Below, piece after piece: positions 62,796 through 64,000 of a stretch of 64,000 nucleotides of DNA (position 1 is the stretch's first letter; each line of letters starts with the position of its first letter). The notes beneath the pieces were generated by a model that made no database searches, was not told the DNA's origin, and was given only the letters and a program-made list of their open reading frames with translations. Both the position numbers and the translations under genes were made by a program. The DNA is taken from assembly GCA_027064425.1 (NCBI GenBank), contig JAMOPO010000015.1, forward strand, positions 320,001 to 384,000, written 5' to 3'. This stretch comes from Methanobacteriota archaeon (GTDB lineage: Archaea > JAADCQ01 > Methanopyri > Methanopyrales > Methanopyraceae).

Positions 62796-63953
62796 ATGCG
62801 AGCGCTGCCGGTCGTCGTGCTGGCCCTGCTGGCGACGCTGAGCGGGGCGGCGGTGGCGGAGGAGTCTCCCCTGGCCGGAGTGATGGTCCACCCATGGTCG
62901 CTGCAGCTGAGCGCCAGCCGACCAAAGGAGGTCCCGAAGGAGTACCTGGTGATCGTAGAGGCGCCGGCGGGCGCGAACCTGCCGCTGGGTAAGGCGTACT
63001 ACGGCGTGTTCGTGTCGGACCCGAGGCACGCGGCGCTGATCGTGGACCTGACGCCAGCGGTGGTCGTTGAGTCCGATGACAAGGTGATCATCGACCCGAA
63101 CGCGATCCCGGGCCGGAGGTACGCCAAGGTTCGGTTCAAGAAAGTGAAGCCGGGCAAGTTCGCGCTGCTGGCGCTGTCGCTGGAGACGAAGCCGCTGCCA
63201 CTCAGCCTGCCGGTGAAGATGGTCAAGCCGGAGGGGCTGGAGCTGAAGGTTGGCCGAGTGAACGTCAAGCTGACGCGAGAGGTCGCTGAGGACCTGGCGC
63301 GGGTGCTGGCCACCTACGAGTACGGACTGCACCGGCGAGTGGACGTCGGCTACCTACAGGCGCTGGTGTTCAAGGTGCTGATCCGAGAGCAGCTGGTCAG
63401 CAGCGTCCCGTCGGAGCCGGAGAAGCTTGAGACCCGGCCGGGGACGAAGGAAACGGAGCGGAAGGAAACGGAGCAGAAGGAGGCGAAGCGGACGGAGACA
63501 GCCGAGACAGCCACGTCGACGACAGCCGAGGCGACAGCCGAGGCCACGACGAGGAAGGCCACGACGAAGACGACGAGGACAGAGGCCAAGAAGACTGAGA
63601 CCGAGACTGCTACGACCGAAAAGACTGCTACTACGGCCAAGACCGCTGCCGAAACCAAGGCTGAAACCGAGGAGAAGAAGGTGAACGAGGAGACGGGCTA
63701 CGCGCTGCGGGCCTTCCTGGAGGTCAACGGCGGTCGGAGCACCGACGTCCGAGCGGAATTCGAGGCGACCAACCTGGAGCGGTTGATCGGTGAGGCCGCC
63801 AGCCTGGTCGAGGACTTCCTGAAGTCGCCAGAGGGCCAGAAGCTCGTGGGCGCCGCTGAGCGGACGGCGCGGGCAGGGGCCGCCGCCGCGCCGGTGGCCG
63901 CGGCAGCGGTCCTAGCGGGCCTGCTGGCGCCGGCGCGGGTCCGCCGGCACTAA
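62796..63953 (+). CDS. Secreted surface protein with Thr/Ala/Lys/Glu-rich linker and C-terminal anchor
   Basis: Signal peptide MRALPVVVLALLA...AVA; low-complexity linker; ends PVAAAAVLAGLLAPARVRRH. Confidence 0.8.
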   Translation: MRALPVVVLALLATLSGAAVAEESPLAGVMVHPWSLQLSASRPKEVPKEYLVIVEAPAGANLPLGKAYYGVFVSDPRHAALIVDLTPAVVVESDDKVIIDPNAIPGRRYAKVRFKKVKPGKFALLALSLETKPLPLSLPVKMVKPEGLELKVGRVNVKLTREVAEDLARVLATYEYGLHRRVDVGYLQALVFKVLIREQLVSSVPSEPEKLETRPGTKETERKETEQKEAKRTETAETATSTTAEATAEATTRKATTKTTRTEAKKTETETATTEKTATTAKTAAETKAETEEKKVNEETGYALRAFLEVNGGRSTDVRAEFEATNLERLIGEAASLVEDFLKSPEGQKLVGAAERTARAGAAAAPVAAAAVLAGLLAPARVRRH

Positions 63954-64000
63954 CCTCCGCCGGCCCCCACAACGTTTTTATAGCGGCTGTGGGTCGGATC

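Noticed and set aside
63440-63690. Repetitive ACG/GAG/GCC tract as a possible CRISPR or tandem repeat
   Set aside because: Low-complexity coding linker; no constant repeat-spacer period.

Overview
High-GC, gene-dense euryarchaeal DNA, almost certainly Methanopyrus: it encodes the helicase+TOPRIM-only RgyB subunit of a split reverse gyrase, coenzyme-B chain-elongation enzymes, aroA'/aroB', egsA and acidic proteins. Most of it is housekeeping (Pst, FeoAB, SufC/SufB-like pair, ProS, PsmB, aCPSF1, PurM, part of the spc ribosomal cluster, Taw3, RNase P RNA, Rpp29, HARP). No tRNA, rRNA, CRISPR array or transposase was seen. The most unusual signals are five. (1) A minus-strand cluster (6.0-14.6 kb) encodes a surface-anchored alpha/alpha-barrel protein, a ~2,030-aa secreted, membrane-anchored, His-less CobN-like protein with a tandem OB-fold insertion (currently frameshifted) and a short EF-Tu/SelB-like GTPase. 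(2) A dispersed, co-oriented 19-bp palindrome, CGTTACGA-N3-TCGTAACG(ATT), occurs seven times, always 3' of a minus-strand transcript. (3) A sharp C-to-G strand-skew inversion at ~24.5-25.6 kb is independent of coding direction. (4) About nine box C/D and two H/ACA-like guide RNA candidates lie in intergenic gaps. (5) DtxR-like operators link feoAB with a NifX/MinD-ferredoxin operon. Also noted: an orphan RAMP-like gene, divergent genes with a 0-bp gap, and probable CTG starts. All family assignments come from motif recognition by eye; no searches were run.
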